NCBI GenBank assembly: GCA_963827655.1 | Contig: CAWHCF010000036.1 | Location: forward strand, 160,001 to 224,000 | Length of the DNA: 64,000 nt | Origin: an uncultured Acidobacteriota bacterium | GTDB taxonomy: Bacteria > Acidobacteriota > UBA6911 | Direction of reading: 5' to 3' | Shown: piece by piece, positions 17,306 to 28,857 of the stretch | Layout: each line of letters starts with the position of its first letter | How positions within the stretch are numbered: the stretch's first letter is position 1 | Made by a program: the position numbers and the translations under genes | Notes under the pieces: generated by a model | Told to the model about the DNA's origin: nothing | Database searches by the model: none | What the model saw: only the letters and a program-made list of their open reading frames with translations

Positions 17306-19039
17306 ATGGGCAACTGGGTGAAAAAGTTCTGGAGGGGCAACAACCGGTTCCGGCTCATGCTCACGCTGGAACTGGCGGTCATGCTGCCGGCGGCGGCGCT
17401 CATCTATGTCAATTTCCACCACTTGAAATCCATCAAGCGCGACAAAGCGCTGGAGGCCGCCATTCACCGTGACTTCCAGGACATGCTCGCCATCTCCGAG
17501 AAGAAGATGAATCAGAAGGTTTACACGATGACGGAAGAGGTGAGGGATCTTTTCCCGTCTCCGGATAACGACACGGAGCCGGACAAGAAAAATAAGCTTG
17601 ACCTGAAAAATAAGCTTGACCTGGTCTTGTCCAAGGAGTCCCTGGCTGGCGCACGTGTTCCTCTTCGACGCCCAGAAAGGCTTCCTGTTTCGTTCACAGC
17701 CGCAGCAGATGCATAACCACGACTTTCATGAGGAGCATGAGCGCCTTTCCAGAATGTTCGGTGGATGGCTCGGCATCGACGCCAAGATGATCCTGGAAGG
17801 GATCCACAAGAGGAACCGGCCCATGTGGTGCTACAGCTTTGAAGCAAAGCGGGCCGGGGGCGATGCTTTCATGACCACAGTCTTCTTCACGTTTGCCGCG
17901 GCTTTCCAAGGACCGGATCGTATTAGGCGGCGCCGTCTTCGAACCCAATTACCTGAAACAAACCTTCTTTCCGCAGATGCTCGAGGAGCTGATCGCACCT
18001 AAATCGACTGAGGAAGGCGGAAACCGGCTTGCCATGATGGTCTATCCCGTGGACCACGAGGGAGGGCGCCGGAGGCAAGCTGCTCGCCGCTTCGGCCGGC
18101 TGGAAAGAAGGGGAGCCCGAGGTCACGCGCAACCTCGAAGATGTTTTTCGTGGGCTGGCGCTGGGGATCAAGTACGAGGGTACGAGCGTCGATGCGATCG
18201 GCCGGGCGTTGGTTCAGCGCGGTTTTCTCATCCTCGGCGTTCTTTCCTTGCTCGTGGTCGGCGGCCTGGCGCTGACTTACCGCAGCGTCAGCAAGGAGGT
18301 GGAATTGGCTCGCCTGAAGTCCGATTTCGTTTCCAACGTGTCGCACGAACTACGGACTCCGCTGTCGCTGATCCGGCTTTACGCGGAAACGCTCGAACTT
18401 GGCCGCATCAAGACCCAGGAAAAGATGGAAGAGTATTACCGCATCATCCGCAAGGAAAGCGAGCGGCTGAGCGCATTGATCAACAACATCCTTGATTTCT
18501 CCCGCATCGAGGCCGGACGCAAGGAGTACGACTTCCGCAAGACCGACATCGCCGAACTCGTGGGCAATACGCTCGACGCGTATCGCTACCAGATCGAACA
18601 ACAGGGTTTCTTATTTGAGCAGAGCATCGACTCGAGCATCCCACCGGTGCGTGTGGACCGGGAAGCCATTGCGCGTTCGCTCGTCAACCTGATCAACAAC
18701 GCGCTGAAATACTCGAGTGACGAAAAGTTCCTGGGCGTGAAACTGTACCGGGCAGACAGCGTTTTGAAGCTCGAGGTCATGGATCGCGGCATCGGCATAG
18801 CGCGCAGCGAGCAGTCGAAGATTTTCGAGAAGTTCTACCGGGCCGGCGACCCGCTGGTGCACAACACAAAGGGAAGCGGCCTGGGCCTGTCGCTGGTCCG
18901 CCACATCGCGCACGCGCATGGTGGAGAGGTGGAGGTGGAAAGCGCACCGGGGAAAGGCAGTAAGTTCACTCTCTCGCTGCCGCTGGCGGCGGCTACCCAG
19001 CAGCCGGCCAATGGGGCAGCATCAGGGGCAACGGCATGA
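17306..19039 (+). CDS. Membrane sensor histidine kinase (several frameshifts)
   Basis: N-terminal TM in 17306..17716; [34 protein letters not shown] in 18209..19039. Confidence 0.88.
17588..17623 (+). repeat. 18-bp in-frame tandem duplication in the kinase sensor domain
   Basis: AAAAATAAGCTTGACCTG twice (KNKLDL KNKLDL). Confidence 0.85.
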
Positions 19040-19832
19040 CAAAAACGAGAACCGACTTCTCCGGGCAACCAAACGGCCGCCCGACCGGCGCCCGATCCGG
19101 CGTTAGCCAAGCCAGCGCACAGAAGCGATACGGAGCGCGACTTCGGGCAGGAAAACCCGCATTTTGATCGTCGAGGACGAACCCGCCATGGTGGCCGGTC
19201 TGCGCGACAACTTTGAGTACGAGGGCTACGACGTGATCAGCGCCGACGACGGAGAGTCAGGGCTCGAGCGCGCCCTGGCGGATGATCCCGATCTCGTGGT
19301 GCTGGACGTGATGATGCCACGAATGAGCGGTCTCGAGGTTTGCAAGCGGGTGAAGGCCAAGCGGCCGTCCGTCCCCATCATCATGCTGACCGCGCGCGGC
19401 CAGGAAATCGACAAGGTTGTGGGCCTGGAGCTGGGCGCCGATGATTACGTCACCAAGCCATTCTCCATCCGCGAACTCATAGCGCGCGTGAAAGCGGTGC
19501 TGCGACGCGCCTCGCTGCAGGCGCGCGCTCCCGAGATGTATCGGTTCAGCGACGTCGAGGTCAACATCCGTGGCAATGAAGTGCGACGCGCCGGCAAGCC
19601 CGTCGAGCTCTCGGCGAAGGAGTTCGCGCTGCTGGTCTACTTCATCTCCCATCCTGCGGAAACGCTTAGCCGCGACCGCCTGCTGGATGCGGTGTGGGGC
19701 TACGAGAACTACCCGAGCACGCGCACGGTCGACACCCACATCGTTCACCTCAGGCAGAAGCTGGAACCGAATCCCGAGGAGCCGCGGTTCATTCTGACCG
19801 TGCACGGCACCGGCTACAAGTTCGTCGAATGA
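19036..19832 (+). CDS. OmpR/PhoB-family response regulator (start uncertain; ATGA overlap at 19036 would need a frameshift)
   Basis: IVEDE, LDVMMP, GADDYVTKPF, winged helix RTVDTHIVHLRQKLE, VHGTGY. Confidence 0.9.
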
Positions 19833-19844
19833 GGTCAACGTCTC

Positions 19845-20723
19845 ATGAGTCAATCAGGATTCTTGGCAGGGCAGGCGGGCGATATCCAGGTCGTCTCCGC
19901 CCCGACGCCAGATCTCAGGTAATCGGGGACGCTACCGGGAGCTGGAGCTGAAGCTCGCGGCACTGCAGAAGGATTACGCCGATCTTCACACCGCACTCTT
20001 CGAAGCTGCGCAGGTGCACCGGCGCCTGTGCGCCCCGCGTCTGGTGCGGCACGGCGACTTCGACATTGCCAGCGAGATTTTTGCCGTTCGCTACTTGCCC
20101 GGTGACTTTTTCACCCTGGAGGAGACAAGCGGCGGCACCATCCTCGCCCTGGGTGACATCTGCGGCAAGGGTCTGGCGGCAGGGATGTGGACCACTTATC
20201 TGGTCGGGCTGGTTGGCGCGCACGCGGCCGCAAGCCCTGAGCCCGCAGGCAATCGTCGACCGGCGTGAACCGCGAGCTCTGCCGGATGTCATCCGGCGCG
20301 CCGCTGGCCAGCTTGTTCCTGGCAGTGCTCGATTCAACCACGGGAAGGCTCGATTACTGCAGCGCCGGCCATCCTCCCACGCTGCTGTTGCGCGCGGACG
20401 GTCAACTTGAGTTGCTTTCGGAAGGTGGAACGCTGCTGGGCGCAGTCCCTGAGGCTTCCTTCGCCAGGGGACGCGTGGAACTGCGCGCCGGCGACGTGAT
20501 GCTGGCTTACTCCGATGGGATCCTCGAGTCACGCAACAACGCCGACCAGGAATTCGGCTATCAGCGCATCGAGGCGCAACTGCGCCTCGCGCGCACCGGC
20601 TCGGCCGATGCCGTGCTGTTTTCGGTGTTGGGCGCGGTTCAAGATTTCGCCGCTCCCCGCCACTTGATCGACGACACCTCACTCGTCGTCGTGCGTCGCC
20701 GCAATCCACAAGGTAACGCATGA
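19845..20723 (+). CDS. PP2C/SpoIIE-family phosphatase (frameshifted)
   Basis: GDFF, ALGDICGKG, CSAGHPP, YSDGILE, DDTSLVV across ORFs 20014..20268 and 20265..20723. Confidence 0.85.
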
Positions 20724-20770
20724 GGAGGATCGTCGGGAACAACCGGGCTCAAGTAAAAAACGAGGGAATC

Positions 20771-20935
20771 ATGTGTCTTGGATACTATGACGAGAAGGAA
20801 TTGGACAGAATGCCCGAAAGCGAGGACAGCACTTTTATGGAAGAGGGCTTCGCCAATGACGATGGGCTTCGGAAGAGCGGTTACTGCGGCAAAGCGATTA
20901 TCATGGACGGCCCATTCGCCGAAACCAAGGAATAG
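20771..20935 (+). pseudogene. YciI/DGPF family remnant
   Basis: MCLGYYDEK...DGPFAETKE* with internal deletion; TAG sits where Q is usual, and a family D repeat follows. Confidence 0.7.
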
Positions 20936-21000
20936 TTGGTGTCTTCGGGTCTTTGTGGTGTTTCGTTCGCAGCGCTAACCACAAAGACACGCCAAGAACC
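20936..21000. repeat. Family D hairpin element
   Basis: TTGGTGTCTTCGGGTCTTTGTGGT...GCGCTAACCACAAAGACAC. Confidence 0.7.
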
Positions 21001-21016
21001 TTGTCGAAAAAATCGC

Positions 21017-23525
21017 TTACTCGAAGCGAAGGGCTTGAATCGGATCGATGCGGCTGGCGCGGTTGGCTGGGATCATCCCGGCGGCCGCGGCGACGATCGC
21101 GAGCATCATGATCGTGGTGCCCACAATCGCGGGATCGCTCCCCTGGATGCCATAGAGCTGGTTCGCTACAAATCGCCCCAACCCCAGGGCCGAAGGAACT
21201 CCGACGCCCAATCCAATCACCAACAGCAAAAGGACTTCCTTCATCACCAGCCAGATCACCGAGCTCCGCTGCGCTCCCAGGGCGAGCCGCACGCCCAGTT
21301 CCTTCGTGCGTCGCGCGACCACAAACGCCATGACGCCGTAGAGGCCGATGGCCGCGAGGGCAGTAGCGAGGAAACCGAAACCGGCCGACAGCAGCGCGAT
21401 CAGCCGTTCGGTGAGAAGCGTTTCGTCGAGCTGCGCCTCCAGTGTTTTCAGTCCGTACACGGGCAGGGATGGATCCAGCTTCTTCACTTCGTTGCGCATC
21501 GCCTTGTAGGCCGATTCCGAACCGGTGGCTATCCGCACATAGAATCCCACGGAGCCGTTGCCCCAGTTGGGGAGGAAGACCTGCCGCCGCACACCTTCCC
21601 GCGGACCTTCGTAGAGGCTATCCGCGACTACTCCAATGATCTCGATCTCGAGCTTCGTGTCGGGACCGCCGCCCCACCCCAGGTGACGCCCGAGGGCGCT
21701 CTTTTCGCCAAAGAAATGTCGGGCAAAGCGGCGGTTGACGATGGCGACCTTGGAATTCTCCTTTATGTCACGGGCGTCAAAATCACGCCCTTCCAGAACC
21801 GAAATTCCCATGGTCTGGAAATAGCCCGGCGACAAGGCGTTCATGAACGCCTGCATGTCTTCCCCATCTTTGGCCTGATGCCCCTGGACGGACATGGTGC
21901 TGTCCCACTCCCATCCGTGCAGCACGGGCACGGATGCCAGACCCGCGGACTTGACGCCCGGGAGCGCGCGGATATTCTCCAGAAGTTCGCGATAGAAATG
22001 CACCGTGCGCGGCCTTGTCGTATCCATTGAGCGCCGGCGCCAATTGAAACGTCACGAGATTATTCATCTGGTCAAAGCCGGTGTCGGTGGTCTTCAGATT
22101 CTGAAGGCTGCGCACGAAGAGTCCGGCGCCAAACAACAGCAGGAAACTTAACGCCACCTGCGCGGCAATCAATCCCTTGCGCAAAAACAAGGAGCCACCG
22201 CCCGACCCGGCAATGGACCCGACCGTGTCTTTCAACGTGGTCCACAGATCCGGACGGCTTGCGCGCAGCGCGGGAACCAGGCCGAAGATCAATCCCGTGA
22301 GAACGGTTACCCCCACCGTGAAGATCAGAACGCGCGCATCCGGTTCCGGCCGAATGAGCAGCGGATTCCCTTCGACGGGAACCAGCGCCAGCAGTCCGCG
22401 CGTCATCGCAAACGCAAGCAGGACGCCCGCCACGCCGCCGGCCAGCGACAACACCATGCTCTCCACCAGTAACTGGCGCACCAGACAGCCGCGGGACGCG
22501 CCCAGCGACAGCCGCACGGAGATTTCTTTCTGTCTGGCGAAGGCCCGCGCGATCAGAAGATTGGCGACATTGGCGCAGGCGATCAGAAGCACCAACCCAA
22601 CCATACCCATCAACACCATCAGCGCTCTCGAGAAATCGTTGCGCAGATTGGAATATCCAGTCGCGGCCTGCTCCACATGCAGCGTGCCTTTCAGAAACTG
22701 TTCGCGCGAGTAGGCCGACCACTTACCGGCGGCCGGAAGCGTCATCTCATATTCGCGAATCTGCCGAAACAACGCCTGCATGGGCGCCTCTGCCGACTCT
22801 GCGGTATAGCCGGGCTTCAATCGCGCAAACACCTGCACCCAGCGCGCCCGGCGATCATCATGTTGCAACCAGGTCCATTCGGGCACCATCACCGGCTTCA
22901 TGAGAATCGGCACCCGAATCTGGGGTGATTGCGCCGGGTCGAGGCCGGCAAAGCCTGCCTCGGACACCCCCACGATGGTCATCGGATAGTTATTGACCAG
23001 GATTTTCTTGCCGATGACCGCCGGATCCTTGCGGAAGCGGGCGGACCAGTAGGCATAGCTCAGAACCACCACTGGATGTCCCTGGTACACGCGGTCGTCT
23101 TCCTCTGAACTGAAGACCCGCCCCGCCGCCGCCTTCACTCCCAGCATAGTGAAGAAATTGCCAGAGACCATTTCGGCATCGACGCGTTCGGTTTGATTAT
23201 CAACGCTGACCGACGAGTTCATCAGCCGGCGGCATAAAACCTCGGCCAGCGGCGCGCCCTTCTGCTGGTAGTCCTGATAGATAGGGTAGGAGTGCATGCG
23301 GCTTCCCATGTTGCTGCCGTTATGCGGCCCCCGCTGGTACAGCATCACCAGGGTCTCCGGGTCTTTCACCGGCAGCTGACGCAACACAATCTGATCAATC
23401 AAGGTAAAGATCGCCGTATTTGCGCCGATACCCAGGGCCAGGGAAAAGATGGCGACCGCAGCAAACAGCGGACTGCGGCGCAGCGTGCGCAAGGAGTAAC
23501 GGAGGTCCGCGAGCAGATTTGTCAT
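21017..23525 (-). CDS. ADOP-type (MacB/FtsX duplicated) ABC permease, frameshift near 22020
   Basis: DLRYSLRTL..P.F...LALGIGANTAIF, LLIACANVANL, GLYGVMAF.V..RTKELGVRLALGA, IDPIQALRFE. Confidence 0.92.
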
Positions 23526-23532
23526 GTTCCTA

Positions 23533-23560
23533 TAGACTCTCGTTTCCGGGTTTGGTTACC
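23533..23560 (-). promoter_or_regulatory. Putative ECF-sigma promoter
   Basis: Minus strand GTAAC-N17-GTCTA just upstream of the ADOP ATG. Confidence 0.4.
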
Positions 23561-23639
23561 CAGAAAATGACGATAGTCCCCGGGTCATCCAGAATGAATC
23601 GGGCCACACCTGAAACAACCTCTCTACCCCTACCGCTCT

Positions 23640-24536
23640 TCACTTCTTCGGGTCGTTGGCATCGATGAATCGGACGACGCTCTCGAGATATTCCTTGGGC
23701 ATGTAGGGCGCCGCAATAGCCGTCAGGTGCGATTTTCCCGGCAGTATCACGTTCGTGAAATTCTGCAATTCTCGCCACATGCGATAGGTCTTGGCATAGG
23801 GCCGGTCAAACTCGCCGTTGATGGCCAGCACCGGAATCGTGATTTTCGTGAGATCGATTTGCGGAGCCGTGGGCCGGGGAGCGGCAGACGGAGAAGGGCC
23901 GGCCGGCGCAGTCGTGGCGGCTCCCGGAGTTCGCGGCGGCTCGGCCGCTCGCTTTTCAGCCTCTTCGCGGCTCATCCCGAGATCCATGGCTCGACGGATC
24001 CGAAGGTTGCGACTCGCCTCATCCTCCTGCGGGTCTCGACCTTCCTTGTCGGGGGGCACCTTCGCGGTCCATGCGGGATCCGTTTCGCGAATGCCCGATC
24101 CACCGAAGCCGGCCGTTATGAAACGATCCGGGACCAGGGCCAGGAGCCGTCCCACGATTCCGCCGCCCATCGAGTAGCCGTGGAAGTGAGCCTTCGGGAT
24201 TTTCAGGTGATCCATGAGCTCGATCACGTCTTCGGCCCGACCCGGCCCGCCCGGCTGGGGCTTGTCGCTCCTGCCGTGGTTGCGGCAGTCGAGCGCAATA
24301 ACCCTGTGGTTCTTTGCCAGGGCTTCGGCGATGCCGTTCCGGAACCAGTTCCCTTCCGCGCTGCCGGTATAGCCGTGAATCAGAATGACCGGCGTCCCCT
24401 TTCCCTGGACCATGTAATGAATCTTCACGCCGTCCGCGGTCGTAAAGTAGTCATGCGAAGCCTTCTCCTCAGCGAAGGCCGTGCACGTCGCCGACGTCAG
24501 GCAGAGCAAAACAGAGAGAGTGATTCGTCGGACCAT
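23640..24536 (-). CDS. Secreted alpha/beta hydrolase
   Basis: Signal peptide MVRRITLSVLL; LIHGY, DCRNHGRS, GYSMGG nucleophile elbow, Pro/Ala-rich insertion. Confidence 0.88.
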   Translation of the reverse strand: MVRRITLSVLLCLTSATCTAFAEEKASHDYFTTADGVKIHYMVQGKGTPVILIHGYTGSAEGNWFRNGIAEALAKNHRVIALDCRNHGRSDKPQPGGPGRAEDVIELMDHLKIPKAHFHGYSMGGGIVGRLLALVPDRFITAGFGGSGIRETDPAWTAKVPPDKEGRDPQEDEASRNLRIRRAMDLGMSREEAEKRAAEPPRTPGAATTAPAGPSPSAAPRPTAPQIDLTKITIPVLAINGEFDRPYAKTYRMWRELQNFTNVILPGKSHLTAIAAPYMPKEYLESVVRFIDANDPKK

Positions 24537-24619
24537 GTCCGTTCCCTCCAGGCTTGGGTTGAGTGACAAACGCCGTTTGAGTATCAAGAAACTCAGACAT
24601 ATACTACGCGAAGATGACC

Positions 24620-25240
24620 CGGAGTGCGCAAGCTTGCGCTGAACCTTACGGTAATTAGTGCGGCCCCCTTCGGCGTTCACGCCTCTTTTCAGCTGTTTCA
24701 CGCAGCCGCGGTATGCGCAAGCGACCGCACTCCAGACGCTTTGGAGTGCGTAGCTGGCGCGGTCTTCAGAGACTCGTCGCGTGGACTTTGGACATTTCAC
24801 AGGCCAGAAGCTCGGGTGCCGGTAGCCAGGGCCGAAGGCCGTGCAGTGAGTAGCCACGCCCGTCAGGGCGGGGCATGGACTTTGGAAATTTGGCAGAACA
24901 GAAGCTCGGGCGCCGTTAACCAGGGCCGAAGGCCCGGCAGTGAATAGCCCCGCCCGTGAGGGCGGGGGACTGGAAGACCCCGAGTCCGAGGTCCGAAGGA
25001 CCGGCACTCCGACTGTGCCGCACCTTCGGCGCTCATGGTTGTGAGACCCGATTTTCCCCGGCCTTACGGCCGGGCTACGCTCTATCGGCCCTACGGGCCT
25101 GCCACGCCCGGCAGGGCGTGGCTTGTGGTGGAGATGCATGGAGGTCCGAAGAACCGGCACAAAAAACCTGTGTCGTAGTGCCGCCTTCGGCCCTCGAACT
25201 ACGGGTCTTGCTGCCTCCCGGCCTCTCAGGCCGGGATTTG
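24620..25240. repeat. Cluster of REP-like (family B) and REPIN-like (family C) palindromes
   Basis: GGAGTGCGCAAGCTTGC, GCACTCCA...TGGAGTGC, GGGCCGAAGGCC x2, GAGGTCCGAAG x2 and complementary CCTTCGG arms. Confidence 0.7.
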
Positions 25241-25429
25241 GTGAGCGCTGGCGGGGCACATGTTAATAATGAGGTCGCTGCCGACCTATGTGTAGGGTTA
25301 AGATGTTTTAAGAGCTTCTTGAGCTATTTGGGACAAACCTCGGTTCGCGAAGTCCTAACCAACGCCGGCGACCAGGCTACCTGCCATCAGCCATTCGGTG
25401 CCGCCTTTGACTTCTCTTGGAGGATCATC

Positions 25430-28400
25430 ATGAAAACCAGATTCTTCCGGACCCTCAGCGCAACCACGTTCCTGTGTGCGGCCTCGATCCCAGCCTTCGG
25501 CCAGGCGGACGTTTCCTCGGCCACTGTCAAAGGGAAGGTGACTGATCCACAAGTTGCGGTAATCCCCGGCGCTACCGTTACGATCACGAGTGTCGACCAG
25601 GGCACGAGTCGCACGACCGTGACCGATGAGACCGGCGAGTTTCAAGTGAGACTGGTGCGGCCCGGTGTCCATGATTTGACCGTGGAGGCTCCAGGCTTCC
25701 TGTTGTATTCGCTCAAGGGTGTCCAACTCACGGTCGGGCAAACCGCGAACTTCGATATCAAACTCCAGCTGGCGGGAGTGACGACCGAAATGGTGGTCAC
25801 AATGTCTACTCCTCTGATTGAAATCGAGCGCACGCAACAGGCCAACACGATTGAGACTAACCAGGTGGAGAACCTGCCCAACATCGGCCGCGCCTTCACT
25901 GCCTATGTTTACACGCTGCCCGGGGTGGCGAACTCGAACGCTCCACGGGTCCAGGGTGCGGGACGTTTTTCCGGCTTCGCCTCTTCCGGCTTCTCCATCG
26001 GCGGCAGCAACGGTCGCAACAATCTTGTTACCGTGGATGGCGGCGAGAATGAATATGGCTCCGGGCAGCTCCGTTTCGGGATCAGCCCTGAGGCGATCCA
26101 GGAATTTCAGGTCAACCGCAACTCCTTTTCGGCCGAGTTCGGGTTCACCGCGGGCACCGCGGTCAACGTCATACTCAAGAGCGGCTCGAACAGCTTTCAT
26201 GGCAGCGCCTATGTTTTCTACCGCTCGCAGAAAACTTCGGCGCGCGACCCTTTTGATTTCAATGACGAGAAACCCTTCGATCAGCAAGTCTACCCCGGCT
26301 TCAGCTTCGGCGGACCCGTGGTCAAGAACAAGCTGTTCTTCTTCACCAACTATGAACGCGAGAAGAATGACATCGCCCGCTTTCGCACGTACACCGAGAG
26401 CAGTCTCCTGCAGACGACAGCTCCGCAGCTGACGCTGCTCGGCCAGCTCGACGCCTCGGCTGACGCCAACGTGCGGCGGATTTCCGCGAACCTGCGCAAC
26501 GCTCTGACCACCAATGCCACGACCTATCCGGTGACCTACGGAATCCTGCAGGATAACGAAGGGACGTTCAACGGCTTTGCCCGGCTCAACACCTGGAACA
26601 CACGCGTGGATTACCAGGCCGGTGACCGCGACTCCTTCAATGCGCGGTTCACGCTGACTCGTAACTACACCGATGACCCCGGCACCAATAACGTGCTTTC
26701 TCCGTCCAACCGCGCCGACCTGACCTATCGCGATTACTCGACTGTCGTAACCTGGACCCACAGTTTCGGCAGCAACCTGGTGAGTCAGGCGCGCGGGCAG
26801 TTCTCGCCCAACAACTCGTCGAACACGGCTCCGCCTGAAGATCCGCGGGTTACGACGGTGATAAGCGGCCTGGGGACGTTCGGCCGGAACTTCGGCTCTC
26901 CCTACGTAGTCACGCAGAATCGGTACCAGTTTGAGGACAGTCTCACCTGGACCCGGGGCAGCCACACTTTGAAGTTCGGCGGGTCCTATCGCCCGGTCCA
27001 GTACACTTTCCGGAATGATCTGTGGTTCGCAGGCGAATACCAGTTCTTGCCGAACATCTATCCGGTAACGCTGGCAGTATCTCCAGCCGATCAGGCGGCC
27101 TTCGTTGCAGCGGCCGGGGCCGGCATTCCTCTTCTGACTTCGCTGCAAAGCTTCAATCGCAACTTGCCGTTTCTCTACCGTCAGGGATTCAACAACCCGA
27201 GATGGCTCGGCACGGGTCACTACGTGGGAGTTTTTGCGCAGGATTCCTGGAAGGTTCATCCCCGCTTGACACTCGACGTCGGCGGCCGCGATCGACTACG
27301 ACGGCGAGCCGGACCCGGTCCCGCATCACACTTACTTTTCGCCCCGTTTCGGCTTCGCCTGGGACCTGACGGGCGACCACAAGACCGTGCTGCGCGGCGG
27401 CAGCGGGATTTTTTACTCGCCGATCTATTTGCAGATTCCCGGTTACACCAGCGTGCTGAACGGCAGCGGAACGTACATCAATCAGATTGCAGCGGTCGTC
27501 GACGGCGGCAGCGGCGGTGTATCAAGCCGGCATCGCCCAGTCCAAGTATCCTTTCAGCATCATGACCGAGGCCGACATCAATGCGCTCGGGATTTCGACT
27601 GCAGCCGGGGCGCCGGGCCGCGTCCTCTTCGAGCTTGATCCGGACTACGAAAACAACTATTCGATTCAAGCCAACCTCGGGATCCAGCGCCAGATCAGTT
27701 CCAACTTGAGTATTGAAGTCGCCTATCAGATGTATCACGGACTCCACATTCAAATGCCAGTGGGGCTGAACTACATCGAGGCAGACCCGCAGCCTGCCGG
27801 GCGTAACCCGGCTCTCGGCCCGTTCTATCGCGTATGCCAGGTCGCGGATAACTGCCGGCGAGTGAGTGATCCTGGCATCACGCAGTTCACGAACTACGAG
27901 TCACGCGGCACATCGATCTATCATGGGATGACCCTGTCGTTCGCGCGTCGCTTCAGCGACCACTTCTCCTTCCAGTCCAACTACACGTTCAGCAAGGCGA
28001 TTGACGACCAGACCGATTTCAATTCAGCCTTCGCGCCCCCGTTTCCGACGCGGCTCTTCACCGAGCGGTCGTTGTCGGCCTTCGACATCCGGCACAACTT
28101 CGTCTTCAGTGGCGTCTTCCAGACTCCATTCCACGCCGGGGCCGGCCAGCCTTTCCTGGCGCGGGTCTTTGCCGACATGAGCCTCAGCCCGATTGTCTTC
28201 ATCCGCACTGGCATTCCATTTTCGCTGCTGACCGGGACCGATATCAATGGCGACACCCGAGGGGGCACCGATCGCCTCTTCTACATTGGCCGAAACACAG
28301 GGATCGGCCCGGACTTCCACAGTGTCAACCTGCGGATCAGCAAGGCTTTCCGCTTCAAGGCGGACAGCGACATGCGGCTGGAGTTCTCTGCGGACGGCTC

Positions 28401-28596
28401 AAACCTTTTCAATCATACGAACTTCGCTGCAGTGCGCGAGATCATTGGTGCGGATCCGGCGGCGCCGGACTATCAGAGCGGCACGGTGCGGCTCACCGGC
28501 CAGCGGAATCGTGATTTCAGGAGGGGAGATCCGCTCAGCTTCACCTCGGCGTTCAATCCGCGGCAGATCTTGTTTGGACTGAAGTTGGCTTTCTGA
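25430..28596 (+). CDS. TonB-dependent receptor, Oar-like with carboxypeptidase-regulatory-like domain (frameshifts near 27290 and 27500)
   Basis: GKVTDPQ.AVIPGATV, EAIQEFQV, KSGSNSFHGS, FAQDSWKV, C-terminal PRQILFGLKLAF. Confidence 0.92.
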
Positions 28597-28857
28597 CTGC
28601 CCGAGCGACGCTCAATACTGTTTCGGCGAGGTAAACCTTGCCCCTCCGCCGAACTTGAACTTGCCCGGCGTGGGATTATAATCCAAAGCGACGTTGCCAG
28701 ATACCCGGATTGTCACACACTTCCGGCAACAGCGGAGGAGGTTTTTGCTCACGAAGAGTAAGGCTCGACCATCTCGGTACTGCGAAGGCAATCGGCCCCG
28801 ATCTTGAACTGGACGCATGGGGCGTTGGTATTCTTCGCTCAAGGTCAACCGCAAACT

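Noticed and set aside
19915-19925. In-frame TAA early in the PP2C gene, and other breaks, as programmed recoding
   Set aside because: The downstream coding sequence is in another frame, there are no slippery sites or SECIS-like signals, and the pattern fits the window-wide indel noise
24537-25429. Long N-terminal extensions of ORFs 23640..25259 and 24956..27565
   Set aside because: They run through GC-rich palindromic repeats; the real starts with signal peptides are at 24536 and 25430
28612-28854. 80-aa minus-strand ORF or possible riboswitch upstream of the adenylyltransferase-like gene
   Set aside because: No recognisable protein motif or riboswitch consensus could be identified by eye
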